Origin: Amphiscolops sp. MND2022
Lineage: Eukaryota
Length of the DNA stretch: 64,000 nucleotides
Assembly: GCA_964187785.1 (NCBI GenBank)
Contig: OZ076409.1
Coordinates: 90,770,001 to 90,834,000, forward strand
Direction of reading: 5' to 3'
This document shows positions 11,596-25,600 of this stretch, in pieces. Position 1 is the first letter of the stretch, and each line of letters begins with the position of its first letter. A program made the position numbers and the translations under genes. The notes under the pieces were generated by a model. The model did no database searches. It had not been told where the DNA came from and saw only the letters and a list, made by a program, of their open reading frames with translations.

Positions 11596-12893
11596 TTTTT
11601 ATTCAGCGTTTTCTCCTTTTAAGGAAAAATGCCCGTCTTACAGAGACCTTTTTTCTTCAGATGACAGACTCCAAACTGATCGGTCCACTCTTTACAGAAA
11701 CTACTAAAAGTACTCAGGCCAAGTCCGGCCAAGGCAATCTTCGAGCAAACCCAGTGTAAAAACTCTTGGATTTCTTTTCAAGATCTTGGATTCTCCTACA
11801 AAATCCTGCTACCTCTTGAATTTCTTGATAAGATCTTGGAAACTCTTACTTCTTCCAAAAAATCTTGAATTTCTTGACAAGAATCTTGCCAAGATTCTTA
11901 TCAAGAAATTCGGGAGTTGAAAATTTCGTTTATTTCAAAATTCAGTGCGGTGTCTCAAATTGATGAATTTGCGTCAAAATTAGACATGTTTTCAGTAGGT
12001 TTGGGCTATGTTATGGAAAAATCTACAAAATTTACTTTTTCTCTGCTTATTTACGGCCAATTTCAAAGGCCAATTGTCTGCAATTACCAATTCGGGCAAC
12101 TTTTCGATCTTATATGATCAATTTTGTGTCTGAAATATGTATTTTTTAGATCCCTAATACATACCAATTGGATCTTGTTTTCAATCCTTTTAGATCATAT
12201 TTTTGCTTAATTCGGATCTGAATTTGCAATTGTGAGAGCATAATCCTACGAGCTTCCATGTTCAGTTTTGGGCCTGAAATTTTTAGATTGTAATTCCATA
12301 ATGCTGGATGTTTTTGGATAATTTATTAGCTCATTTGCCGAGACTTCTGAAGGTTTTATGATGAATGAGGTTCTAAACGGGAATCTTGAAACCTCTTGCA
12401 TTTTCTTGCCTATTCTTGGTTTTTCTTGAAACTCTTGATAAGAATCTTGGAATTTCTTGAATTTCTTGGCACGATCTTGCAAGATCTTGCAATTTCTTGG
12501 ATTTCTTGGTATTCGCAAGATTCTTACCAAGAATTCCAAGAATATCCAAGATTCTTACCAAGAGTTCCAAGAGTTTCTACACTGGGAAGGGTCCCCCTTT
12601 CATTTTTTAACGTAACCTACAAAACCGGACGAAACTAAAGTGTCCTTTCATTTTTTTTCGGCACGGTGCGACATTTTTTCAAAGAAAAAAATCCAAATTA
12701 ATTTTTTTAATGTTTTTTTTGTTCCCAGTTGGGGAAAAAGTGGTTTCCGAGTCTTATCGAGCATGAAAGGCACCATTTGCGTGTCTCGAAACTGTTTTCT
12801 GAACATTTCATAAATACGTCCTGGGCATGTTTTAAAAACTTTGCGCAATTTGAGCCTTAGATATAGCGCCGACATTGGACGTTCTCGTCTTGA
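11596..12893 (+). mobile_element. Helentron/HINE-type non-autonomous repeat interrupted by a MITE
   Basis: 3' end gcgccgacattggacgttctcgtcttg; internal similarity to the intact copy at 47791-48403. Confidence 0.6.
11750..12586. mobile_element. MITE with CCC..GGG TIRs, 2-bp TSD (AA) and tcttg/caaga subterminal repeats (CMC/EnSpm-like)
   Basis: TIRs cccagtgtaaaaactcttgga / tccaagagtttctacactggg; AA duplicated on both sides; the empty site is seen in the related repeat near 47965. Confidence 0.75.
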
Positions 12894-13647
12894 TATAAAT
12901 TTTTTGTCAGATGACGAGCTCACACTGAATGGTCCACTTTTTGTACAGTCCACTTTTTGATATCCTGCGGCGACCTCGGCCCAGCACGTTATATTCGAAT
13001 TTCGACGTTATATCCGAAGTAAATTGCGTTTTACTAAAGAGGAACTGGAGGATCGATATTATTGCGCTATATCCAAAGTTCTACGTTATATCCGAAGTAA
13101 ATTGCGTTTTACTAGGAGAACGCCGTGGTTCGAAAACAGCGCTCCCATGTAGCTATGTACGTCCCTTTGAAGCATTTTCTGAGCACGAAAGGCACACTAT
13201 GGGTGTTTCGAAACTTTTTTATAAAGGTTTCTTTTTATAAAAGTTACCCATAAAAAAGACCTGAGCATATTTTTACAACTTTTTGAGCCTTAAGTGTGGC
13301 ACCAATTTGAGACGTTCCCCTCTTGTATTGTTTAGATTAGACTGTTTGTGTCAAAAAATTTGTCATTTTGTTCATATTTTGTGAATTTTTAATCCAAAAT
13401 GAACTCCTTCAAACCGAACTGTTTGGAATTGAACAAAGTTTATGTTGAAAATTCTTGCTTTGTTAGCTTTTGTCTCTAACTACGCTCATTGATCAAAATT
13501 CGCATCTTCTGATTGCATCGTGCATCAAAATGCGCGACGAACACATTGCACTGTTTGACTAGACTACTGTGCGCTCTCGTTTTACGGAAAAAACGTTTTA
13601 CACTTTATGATAAAATCCACTTTTGCGGCATACGCATCGTAATGACC

Positions 13648-16600
13648 TCAAGTATCGGGATTTCCACCATGAAAAGTTCCGACAGTAGTTTCGTTTATAT
13701 TTGTACAATTATTTTCAAACATTGAGAATGTTGTTAAAGTGTCACCATTAACGAAATCGAAACAAGTTTGTATAACCATGTTTGGTGTTTTTAGGTTGCG
13801 TAATGTTGGTTTCATTGTTTGAGCACAAAATTGAAGCATGGATTTGGCAAAAAACGTCATTGAGAGGTTGATCATCTACGCTCATGCAAGTTCCATATTG
13901 AGTGAAAAATTAAAAGTAGGGTGAAATCTTTAACCTATTACAGGCCACAATTTGCCACAATCCAACTCTTGTAGGAGTCTCACAATGTTCTCCGGACGTT
14001 GTCGGAGAGGATTCTCGTTGTTTTTCAAGAAAGTCAAGAGCCATTTGATTTGTGAGTCATATGATTTTCTCTGCTCCAAAGCCACTTGAATCGCAGTCAA
14101 GCTATCGACGACAACTTCCACGGTTTGAGCTCGGAGGTTGTACAAGAGTGTTTGGAAGTCCAAAATGTAATCCACTATGAGCTGAAACGAGGAAATTCAT
14201 CCCACTCTTGTTTCATAATTACAATGCGAAAGATGTTAACAATTTGGTATTTTGAGATTGCAAAAAGTAGTTTTTTGACAACTCATTATAAAAACTTCTC
14301 AAATACCTTCAACAATTGGCTTTTTCTTTTGCCCCGCAAGGCTTATAAAAATGTTTCAGAAAATATACATTTAAATTTCAATCTGATATAATACATCAAA
14401 AATATTTTAAATTATATATAATATCCAAAGTGGACCGATCTTTATGTGATTTCTAAAACAATAATTTCAACTAATCATTTTGATGGTATTGGATAGATTA
14501 GCACAAGCAGCTACTTATGTATTATGTTTCAACATTTCCATAAAATTTGTGTGTGAGGGGATGGTTTAAGAAAAAATGTTTGACAACCTCTCAATCATAA
14601 CTGAAACTTTTTAACTATAACTCACTTCTGCATCGCCCAGTTTCCGCAGTTGATAGAAAATTTCGTTCATTGCGCGCACATTGTAAACTCCATTCGCATG
14701 TTTCAAATTCTGTCTCTGTAAGCATCTGTCAGCACCCATCATTTCCGTTGCAATATCTCCTCTCCTCAGTTTCAACGACTTGATCGAATTCAACTGTCCT
14801 CTGAAGTAATCAAGAATGAGCAGTCGGGTCTTTCTCTGAAAAATCATAAAAACCTTTGGAAAAATACGCAAAACTTATAATTTTAACAATATTTAATAAT
14901 GTACTAACGATGAACTGCTTTTTATTGAGTAAAAATTTTTCTTCGAATGTTTCACTGATTTCTTCCCTTTTCCAGTTCAAGAGAAAGCATCCGTCTATTT
15001 TCTGTTCTTCAAGAATCGGTTTGTAGAATGCTCTAAAAAATCGGAACTATCAGAAGAGATTGGACATAGGAAGATTTTGTCTATCATTTGACAGGAGAGT
15101 GAATGAAAAAAAAACAAAATCAATGAAAATAATAATCTTTAGGTTGGATTTAGTAATACTCTAGTTAAAAAGATTACTTTTTTGAGAATATAGTGTCTAA
15201 ATTTTGAATACTAACCACGTAATTCAGAAAACAATTCTGAAAAAAAAATTGTTGGAAAATATTTTCTCTTCAAATTTAACTCCAGCCACGATTCATCAAT
15301 GATTCGTGCAGGCTGAATTTCTTGTGTAAACAATATTTTTAGATGGCATGTTCAAGAATAAAGCGCCCATATTCTTCATTTGGTGGCTTCTGCCGTCACG
15401 TGACACACTTAAACAGCAAGATTCGCCCCTTGAACAGATCTATAAGTATATAAGTTGAATGAAACCTTGTGTTCAGTTTTTGAGTGTCTTCATTCGGAAG
15501 CTGCTTAAACCATGTTTGAATCCTCTCAAAATAATCTCTATCTTACAGGTTTTTGATAATCCATTTTATTACATAAATATACAGACCCAAAGGATCACTT
15601 TCCGTTGTTTGGCTTTCTGTGAGATTTCAAGAATTTTCGCTCGAAATTCAACTTGAAAAGGGCAACATTATCGGGTTGACCGTTGATTTTTTTCTCCAGA
15701 CCAATGGCCTAAGGTCTATTATACGGACAAATCATCATCCATGAGTATATTCGTCAAATATTTGCAGGGTATCCAAATAAAATCAGTCGCAATATTTAAA
15801 AAAATCTACTCTATCTAAGTTGAAGCCTTTTTTACCCGGTTAATGTTTGTATCTAACAACACTGCGTTTGCATCTTCCGGATGCGTAAAAGGTGAAAGTA
15901 TCCAATAGCAAAGAAGGAACCCTTGATATCAAGAAAGTAGGTCGAAAATTGTAAAAACCGAGAAACAACCAGATACGTTATATTCGTTTATTTCCATTAC
16001 CATAATATTCAAATTCCATTACCGTAATATTTTAGGTTATACGTGTTATACCAGAAACTGCAATTAGTCTGAGTCAAACTGAAAAAAAAGCTAAAACTTC
16101 AGAGATTGGCTTAATTTGAACCTTCAATTCCTGCGTAGATAGAGCCAAACAAGACGGGAACGTTTAAAGTCGGCACTATATCTAAGGCTTAAAAAGCGCA
16201 TAACTTAAGGCTTAAAGATCCTTAAGAGCTCTTTCGGCTTTTTGATGTTTGTTGCAAAATATCAAAAAAATTGAAGAGAGGATCCTTTGGAGACATCAAA
16301 AAAATCGAAAAATTTGTTTGAATAAATTTTTGAAAATTCTTTGTTACTACTTTGTTTCAGTTCACTGGAACGTCCTTCCTGTGTTTTTCTGATATTTCAA
16401 CGTAGGGAAATGCAGTTTTTGTGCCTGAATATGTCCCCATTTAGGCGTTTTTCCAGCACTGTTTAACTTTTGCCGATCTTTTGTTTCCGCCGATTTTGCT
16501 TTTTTGATGTTTTAAGTTGGGGTTTTGTTGGCTCTGAGAAACTTATGATTTTCTGAAAGTCGCTTAAAGCATCTTTAAAAGGCTGCGTTTTCTGAGCCCT

Positions 16601-19600
16601 AAATGGTGCGTTGACTTGCGACTTTCTGATCTTTTTGTATTTGTCACTTTCGGAAGGCTAGCCACCATACTTACACCTCCAAGGCCCTCGAGCCTTATCA
16701 GGGGGCTGTTTCACATAAAACCAATCCTTGTATACTAACTTCATTTTGGCCCACAGAAAGAGAGGAAATCTTGCAACTGTTCCCTTGAAGAATGCCAGAG
16801 ATGTGAAGGATTCATTCAAGACATTGTCTTCGTAAGACAACAAGTCCAGAATCTCTATCTCTGAAACGAACAGCAGCTACAGCGATTTGATTGGGAAATC
16901 ACCCTGACTTTTGGAACCAAAAAAGGAAAGAGAAAATTGCCATTCCTGTTAGGATACCATTATGTACTCATACTGAGAGCAAATATATAAAAGTTGACAA
17001 TGTATGGTAAACACCCTAGTTGAAAAAATACAAATCTTGCAAGAATCTTGCAAGATATCCTGCAAGATCTTGCAAGACAATGCATTTTTCTGGCAGGTTT
17101 CTTGCAAGATTCTTACAAGAATTACCTCATCGTGCAAGATGAAACTTCAGCTTGCAAGATTCTTGCAAGACAAATATTTCATTTGCAAGATTCTTGCAGG
17201 AAATGCAATTTCTAGATTGTTGTGTTCAGCATGTTCCAAAAAGTCCTCGTAGCATACTTCAGCCTCGCCCTAGTCGAGATTGCTTGAACTTTTTACATGC
17301 TGCATGGAAACATGCAGGCTAATTTTTTTTACAAAACATGGAAAATTCCGGGACCATGCATGGAAACATTTTTAGGATTACAATGCAGCCTCCACTATTT
17401 GAATTAAAACTGAAAACAATTCACTTCTTCACAGCAGTCATTCACTTTGTTTTCACGCGTAAGTTTCTCAAGTAAGTACCTTGTGTAATCACCGTTAGTC
17501 AAATAGCACGCTGAATATGACGCTACTTTGAAACTTATAAAGTGACTGAAATTTATTTACATTAAAATTGCGGCGTCTTAATGAAACCTACAAAACTTTG
17601 CGGCGCAGAATTGCCGCCAAATTTAAGATGCATCTTATAGGCAACTTGATAAAATTAAATCGAATCAGTGAATTTCAATGCATGGACGTTTCTTTGAAAA
17701 GTTTATAAAATCATGGAAAATTAGCTTGGTAACCTACAAAAACATGTAAAAAGTTCAAGCAGTTCCAACCAGGGCGTACCTTTGAAGTTCTAGTTTGACA
17801 GAAAGACAACCGTATTGCAATTTTTTGGAATGTCGAACGAAATTTCTTAGATAATCTCCGTAAATTAAGTTTTTGAGGAAATGGTTTCAACAAAAGGTAT
17901 GTATTTCGTTGCACATTTTTTGTGCAATTTTTAGTTAGAAAACTATTTAACTGGATATCCTCAGACAATTTCAAAAATATTGGAAATTTGACAGGATTGA
18001 AAGTGTGTTCTTTTATGTCATGGATTTTAAAGAGTTATTTTGTTTCAATGTATACCAAAAACGGAAGTACTTCTTTTGGTCTTGAAATTTCTGGCTTGAT
18101 GACTAACTTTAAACCAATCCGCCTTGAAGAGTTTTTACCGGAAAAACCTTGTTCAACGTTAATGATAATCTACTCTCGTGAGCGATTTAATCCTAAGCTT
18201 ACCCGATAGTCCAGACTTGGAAATACAGAGGTAGACAGCCAAATACTTGACAACCTCTTTGCCAAACTTCTTCATAGCTTTGTCTATATAGCAGACGTTG
18301 ATCACGTGTGCCACTGAGGTGAAGTTACGACACGGCACTTTTAAACGCTTTCTCCAACTTTCTGCCTAAAACCAACATTCAGGACATGGCTGTAAGAAAT
18401 ATGCGGGTTTTTCCATAAAATATGCAACTTTACATGATTTAATATCGTGAAAAATATGCAAATTTATGTTTTCCAAAATGACTAAGACCATAATATTTCT
18501 TACTAGAAATAAAGTTAGTATGGTTTTAAAATAAGCCATATCAATAAGTCGAGCTCACAAACTACTGAAAAAAAGTGTTTTTGTCGACTTGCATTGCTTA
18601 GGTGATAGAGAGGGGGGTTGTGGGTAAAAGATCAACTTTACCGATAACAAAAGCAATTCATTAAACATGAAAAACTCTCAAATACATCTTTTTCGAAAAT
18701 TAAAGTCAACTCTTCAGAAAAACGCAGTTAAATCTTCAAATTTAGGCATCAACACTTAGATTTCTCAGAAATATGTATTTCGGTATACGGAAAGTGCTAA
18801 ATATACAGAAAAGCTAAAAATACGCGGGAATATGCAAAAGAAGATCCTGGCAGCCATGATTCAGGGAAAAAACTGTGTTCACGATCTTATACGGAACATT
18901 TGGGTCAGCTTCTGGATTCAAACGTCATCCCGGAATTCTAGTTTTTGTCCATCTTCATCAAAACGTTTGACCAGAAACATCTCTTCATGAATAGAGTTTA
19001 ACTTGCAACACACTAAAAATTGATTTAAATGGATGTTGTGATGAATTTGAACAGTATTACATTCATATCAAGAGGCGAAATGCCTTTTGAATGTTCGTTT
19101 GGAAACCGCAAGCTTGGATTTGTCTAACTTGATCGGAGAGAATGCCAAAAAAGGACATGGTTGGCTGGTTTCCGAGTGACCGGGTCACAATAGTCTTCTG
19201 TGATTGGGTCAGATTTCTCTTCTTGTTCAGCATTATGTCTTCCAAGTACATTCGACTGTTCGATAGCGATAAATGTGAAGGCAGCTGAAAAACATATAAT
19301 CAACATACGAAAACACCGACTTTTTGTCAGAATCATGGAAAATCTCTAGAAACCCATTAGAGCTTTGTACAAACTGTTGAAAAATTGTACAGAATATTCA
19401 ACTGGTTGTATCTAGATCTTGACAAGGATTTGATGAAAGAATTTTGCATAATTTATTCTTTTCACCAAATTTAAAATCACCTACTTTTGTCTCAATATAG
19501 TGTATTACAGAAACCAGTTTATAACTAGCATCTTTCAATCCTTTCTACCTCGTGAAAACTATAAAAGCTTACATAATCACGGTTTTAAAAATTTCTCCGA

Positions 19601-22600
19601 GACAAATTGTTTTGTTATCAAAATATTCACTGAGTATATAAAATGGGTTTATCATCTAATTATTACCCTATATGGAAAAAGTTGAAAATACCTCAAAGAA
19701 TCTCCAAGACTCTCTAGACTTGCTCTTCGCAGCTTTCATCAACTGAACATCCCACTTATCCACACAGAACAAGAACTTGATTTTGCTGGTGAATCTTTTT
19801 GGCAGCCATTCTAGTGTACGAGCTTTTTCGGAGTTTCGGCAATTCAGCTTTTCTAATTGGTCAACGACTATCAGCAAGGGTGTATCAACTTTGCTTGAAG
19901 TGTACACTTCTTCCACGATTTCCTGGAAGTTTGACACACATTCGTCTATTGAAGCCGAAGGAACGAACTCTAGCTTGTAAAGTCGGGCCACTATGTGGGT
20001 CAATGACGTAAGAAGGTTGAAGAAGGACTTTGATTGGTCAGAAATGCCACAGAATTTGGAAATTACGTAACATCCAGGCATGTAAGTTTCGGCATATTTA
20101 ACAATAGACGCAGCCAGTGTAGTTTTTCCGCTGGTGTTATCCCCAACAATGAAAAACGGGGCATATTCCAGTGATGAGTCATGCCAAAGTTGCTCTCCTA
20201 TTGGGTCAAAATCCGGCTCATCTATATCGTTATCTGGCATAACTTCTACTTCGGGCTCGATGTCTGATTGGTCAATTTTCTTTCCCTTGGAAGGCGATTG
20301 GGTACCCCTGGATGTCATTCCAGTTTCCCTCTCAGTGTTTTGAAGTACGTTGACGTCATCGAATGATTCTTTCTTTTCCCGACTTTTTTTGAATTTGTCT
20401 TTCGTAGTAGACCTCCTTAGTTTCTCAAGAGTTGTTCCTCTGCTGAAAACAGGGGTAGACGTTTTCTTGTTACTCAGACTGAAGGTTAGACTGAACGGTC
20501 GGCTCGGTTTTGCAGATCTGCAATCTTCTGACGTCACGCCCCATTCCTGCCAGTCATCATCTTCCAAAAATTCCGCTGGAGGGCTCAATGATAGTTGTTT
20601 GTTTTCAATAATTGTGTCAAAAATAGCCTCTATAATGCCCTCTCGGTTGACGATATCTTCCGTTTTCAAAGTCACCCAAAATAATTGAGCTGCACATTCC
20701 AGGAAAAGGGTTTTCAAACTGTCGCTTTTGAAAAACGCCAGTAGCGAGTTTTGATGAAATTGGGCCGCTGAAATTCTTCTAGTGATGTCTAAGTACGACT
20801 GTGTTTCGACGTACGACAGATAATGCTTGTGATTAGCGTTGTCTTCAGACACTCCATCTGAAAAAAAAATAAGACGGACGGTTTTGATAGGAAACCTCAA
20901 GGTGGAATCAAAAACCCATCAGTTCAAAACATGCTAGAAAGCCTCAAAAACAACATGTTTTTGACAGTGGTTTATCTTTGGTCTCTAAGCCGCCGTTTCC
21001 AAATCAGAAATTTCACTGTATAACTACTTCTTCAAACAATTATAATGTGTGACTCTAACTCCAATTGAAGTAGAAATTAAAGCTTTAAGAACTCAATTAA
21101 GTTCTCGCCTAACAAAAAGTCAGCCTTTTGCATATTCAATGACCTGGTTACAAAAAAAGTAAGGAAAAGTTGATAAGAACGTTGATGAACATCCAAAAGT
21201 TTTGAGCTTACTTTTCATCCATGGAATGACTTTCTTCCGCATCCGTTTTGGAGGAACTGTTTCAGAGATTGCATTGAGGACTGTCGCTGCTTTTCTCCTA
21301 CCCGCATAGGACACAACCCCCAATTCCAAATCAACATAATCAGCTGAAAAGATTATCGTTTTTTTAAAATAAAACCTTCACTCCTTGCATTTTCGTTTAA
21401 AAGTTAGACGAAGTTTACTAACGAGCAATGTCATCTGTATCTTTTATTTTGTCGAATTTCCGGGAAAATACGACCACTTTCTCGTTTGGATCTTTGGCAT
21501 TCATTAGGGGCCTCGTCATAAGCTCCAAGCCTGGAAGTTGGGTATGAAAACATCTATTAACAAGATCACATTAAACAAATTACTATTTGCTCGAAGTTTT
21601 CCAAAGATTTCCTTGAAAGATCGTGCAAGAAATATGGTTTTTGCAAAGATCTTGCAGGTCCTTGCAAGGATTTCATTGTTTAAAACAAGAGATTGTAGCA
21701 GAGTCTTCGTAGAGAATGATGTATATAAAACCAATGTAGGAAAAGAATAATTTATACGACATAATTCATTTTCATAGCTGTTGAACATTGTCTTCATGAT
21801 AATAATCGGATAATAGTATATCGGATAATAATATAATAATAGGGTAATATCGGATAACCGATATGTAGATATAAGGTTGCGATGAACGCGTCAGTAGTAA
21901 TATATTTCAACGTGATAGAAAAATTCATATTAAATAATCAGAGTTTTAAAAAACTTTGCTAACTAGAAGATTGGAAGGCCTTCATTTGGTTGCTCGAAAT
22001 TAACTTCCTTCGTCCCATTTCAGTCACTCCCGCTAAAAACTCCATGTTCAAGTTCGCTTTGCTAGTCTGCCATATAGCCGAAGCCTGAAACACAACCGAA
22101 CTTAACCTCAGACAGCTTCTCAAACTAGATAGAAAATAGTTATAGCGAACTTTTTTTTACACAGTTCAATTCGGCTTTGATATGAAATTTCTCAACACCA
22201 ACACTTTACTTCCAAAGGTGATCAATGTGCTATTAACAGAATCCTTCAATGGTTTTTGGTAACATCACCCTTTTTGCTGTTAACAGTGCTGTTACCACGA
22301 CTCACATTCAAAAAATTTGAATCAAAATTCTAGTTTTAGGAAATGAATATGCGATATTACTGGATATCAACATGAAAGCTTCAGTGATTTCACTTCAGCA
22401 TTGTTTGTTCATAATGTTTGCGTGTTTGCGTATATATCAACGACAAAATGGAAATGAATAAAAGAGTTTTCATTTTGAAGATGAAAAGCTTATTCGTATT
22501 CTACAAGACAACTGTTTTTTTGAGAATTGATTGTAAAATCACTTTTATCTCATTTCAAACTAAAAACTTTGAGGGAGACTCAATTAAGAATTTGTGTTTT

Positions 22601-25600
22601 GCGGATTCTGCGATCAGGAAAAGTTTCAACAAAACCTAATGAAAGCCAGGTTCAACAAGACAGGAACGTCTAAAGTCAGCGCTATACCTAAGGCCCAAAA
22701 ATCGCCAAGTTTCCAAAATATGCCCAGGACGTTTTCGTGAACAACTACACTTTTGTGGGTTTTTCATGAAAACGTCCTGGGCATATTTTAAAAACGAGGC
22801 GATTTTTGGGCCTTAGGTATAGCGCTGACCAGAGGGTGCCTTTCACGCTCTGGAAACGCTCCAGAAGTTCAGATATAACGTGCTGAGACAAATGCAAGCG
22901 CTTGTTTTCGAACCTCTGCCTCCTCTTTAGTAAAACGCACAATAGTTTGGATATAACATGAAAAATTCCGATATACAGCAATATCCTTCAAAATTTGGAT
23001 AGTATTGAAAAAATTATTTGTGAATATATATTGAGGAAACCTAATGTCTGACTGAAAATTAGAATTTTGAAAAGTCTCATAGTGCCAAAAAATTTAGGAG
23101 GGGCCCCATCGAGATTTTCGAACATCCAATTTGTTGCAAAATATCAAAAAAACTTTAAGGGGGACCCTATGGAGACATTAAAAAGTTTTCGGAAACAAGT
23201 CTCACAAAGCCGAAAAAGAAGGGGAGAGTCTTATAATGCCGAAAAAAGTAGAAAGGGGGCCCTTCTGCTTCGGAATAATTTTGTATTTCATGTTAGAGGT
23301 TTTCGATGCTGTCAAAATCAAGTACTAAGTACTTCTGGTAAACTGAGTACTTCTGCACAGTGCAAAAAAAGTAGGAAGAGACTGGCAAAAAGAGGAAAAA
23401 AACTAGTCATTGTAATAGTCGGGCTTTGTTCCTGAAGGGAAAATGCGCTGACTACAACCACCAATTGGAGCACCGCTTTCCGCTAACGTGCCGGCTTTAC
23501 TCCGAGACATGTCGGCGCCAAATCTAAGGCTCAACAAAAGCAAAAGGTCTTCAATGTATCAAGTATTCTCTTCTACAGTAACCGCGTGAAGAAAAAATTG
23601 AGAGAAAAAACTTTCCCGAAATTTTTTTGAATTTTTTTCGATGTTTTTTTGGTCTCCGCTAAGTCGCATAGTGCCAAAAATGTAAAAAGGGGAACTTTGG
23701 GAGTTTTGAACATTTATTCTTTTGCAAAATAGAAAAAAATTGAAGGGGGACCCCTTGGAGACATAAAAAAAATTTGCGAAAAAAGTCTCGCAAAGCCTAA
23801 ATAACCTGCACAAAAAAAATGGTCAAGGCGGGACTCGAACCCACGTCCTTCGGCTTGGTAGACCTCAAAAAGCCTAATTAACCTCTATGCCAAGTGCCAG
23901 TAGAAGTAGTGTGGCACAGTTTAGTGTTAGTGCAAGTCAGCTTATAAAGCATATAACATCTGTCAGTTTCTTGGTCCTAAAAAAGAAAACAAGCCGGGAA
24001 CGGTTCAAGTCGGCGCCATATCTAAGGCTCAAAAATATTCAAGGAACTACTTTTGGAAACATGTAGGAAAATTTTTGTTTCGAAAAAAAGCATTTGGTAA
24101 AATAGTCGAATAATGCCAAAAAACCCAAAAAGAGACCCTTTAGGCTCATTTAACGTTTTTTACAAACCGAAAACTTCAAATAACTCAGGGGGGTTTCCTT
24201 TGACAAAATTCAAACCATTTCGGAAAAAAGTTGCATAGTGCCGAAAAAAACCCAAAGGGGGGACCGTTTGTTCTCATTTTTACTTTTGGAAGCATTAAAA
24301 ATTTTTGGTTTAGTGCGAGACTCAAACCCACGCTCTCCTGCTTCTGTAAGTCTAAAAATTAGTCGGCCAAAAAGATGAACAAATGAACATACCAGCTTAT
24401 ACAATCTTAATACGTACGGAGCGCCTACGGAGCGAACTGTAAAATGATGGATATGAAAAGAAGCTCGATGGTAATTCTAAGAATGATTTTAAAGAAAAAC
24501 AACGTACTTCGTGAATATGACCCAACATAACAAAAACTGTACTGTAAGGGAGAATATGATGAAAGTATCTTTGAATTGTGTGCTACTTTGAAGTGCATCT
24601 TTGATGGTAGTTACAAAAGCTACGTTTACCTTACGTTGCAAACAATCTGTTTTAAGGAAAGTCGTGATCAGATATTTCATCTTATGCGTAACTTACAACG
24701 TAGTTGAAGGACCGAAATCACAACGTAAGATCAATATTTTCCAAAGTTTAATTCCTTGGGCCAAGACCTCTATTCTTACTATGCAATCGAACATAATCAT
24801 GTAATGCTACTAATGCTGTATTTTTTGTAAATTGGGTTTGTACCATATCAAAATAACGGATTGTTTCCATTAATGTCAAGTTATGTTGTTGTTTTGTAAA
24901 CTATGTAGATTAGTACAATTTGGTATTTTTTTGAAAACTGTATACAAACCAGTACAATATTGTTTCATGTCATTGACGATAATTAAAGTACGTTATTCCA
25001 GCATCATTTGTTCCTATCAATATCTAAATATTTCCATTTCCAACGTTCTTTGCTTCGCTTCAGTTCCGTTGCCATTTTTGAGTGTCATACTGTCACTTCG
25101 AAGCTCAGCTTCCCAAGTGTGATCACGCCAGCGTGCCTTCGTTGATGAAAATGATAACTAGACTTTTATTTTACCGCAATTTTGAGGCTCAGACGGGAAA
25201 TGGAATTGCCAGAACAAAAATGATTTCAACAAGTGTTACGGAATAATGACGCAAATAGGAATTTCGATGCCCAATTTTGTGATGTGGGACTGAAATAATT
25301 TGAATCATTAATGATTATTTGTGAACAAACCCGATTTTTGGGATACCTAGAAATTTTTAGGTGAGGAACAAATGATGCTGAGGAAATTTATATACGTTGA
25401 ATTATCATGTATATTCAGTTAGTTTCTGTGAATCATTTTACACTCAATTGTTCTGTTGATCTAACGAAGATTATTTTCTTCGAAGAATCCACTTTTACCG
25501 AAGATTTGAACTTTTGACCAGCACAAAATGACAACTAGTAGTCAGAAAAGGGAGGCAGTAGCCGAATTTGCTTCTGGAGACTTTGAAACTCCAACAGCAG

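Noticed and set aside
15290..15930. Exon-like segments in NWD introns (also ~18860-19015)
   Set aside because: Frames contain stops and the protein reads continuously without them.
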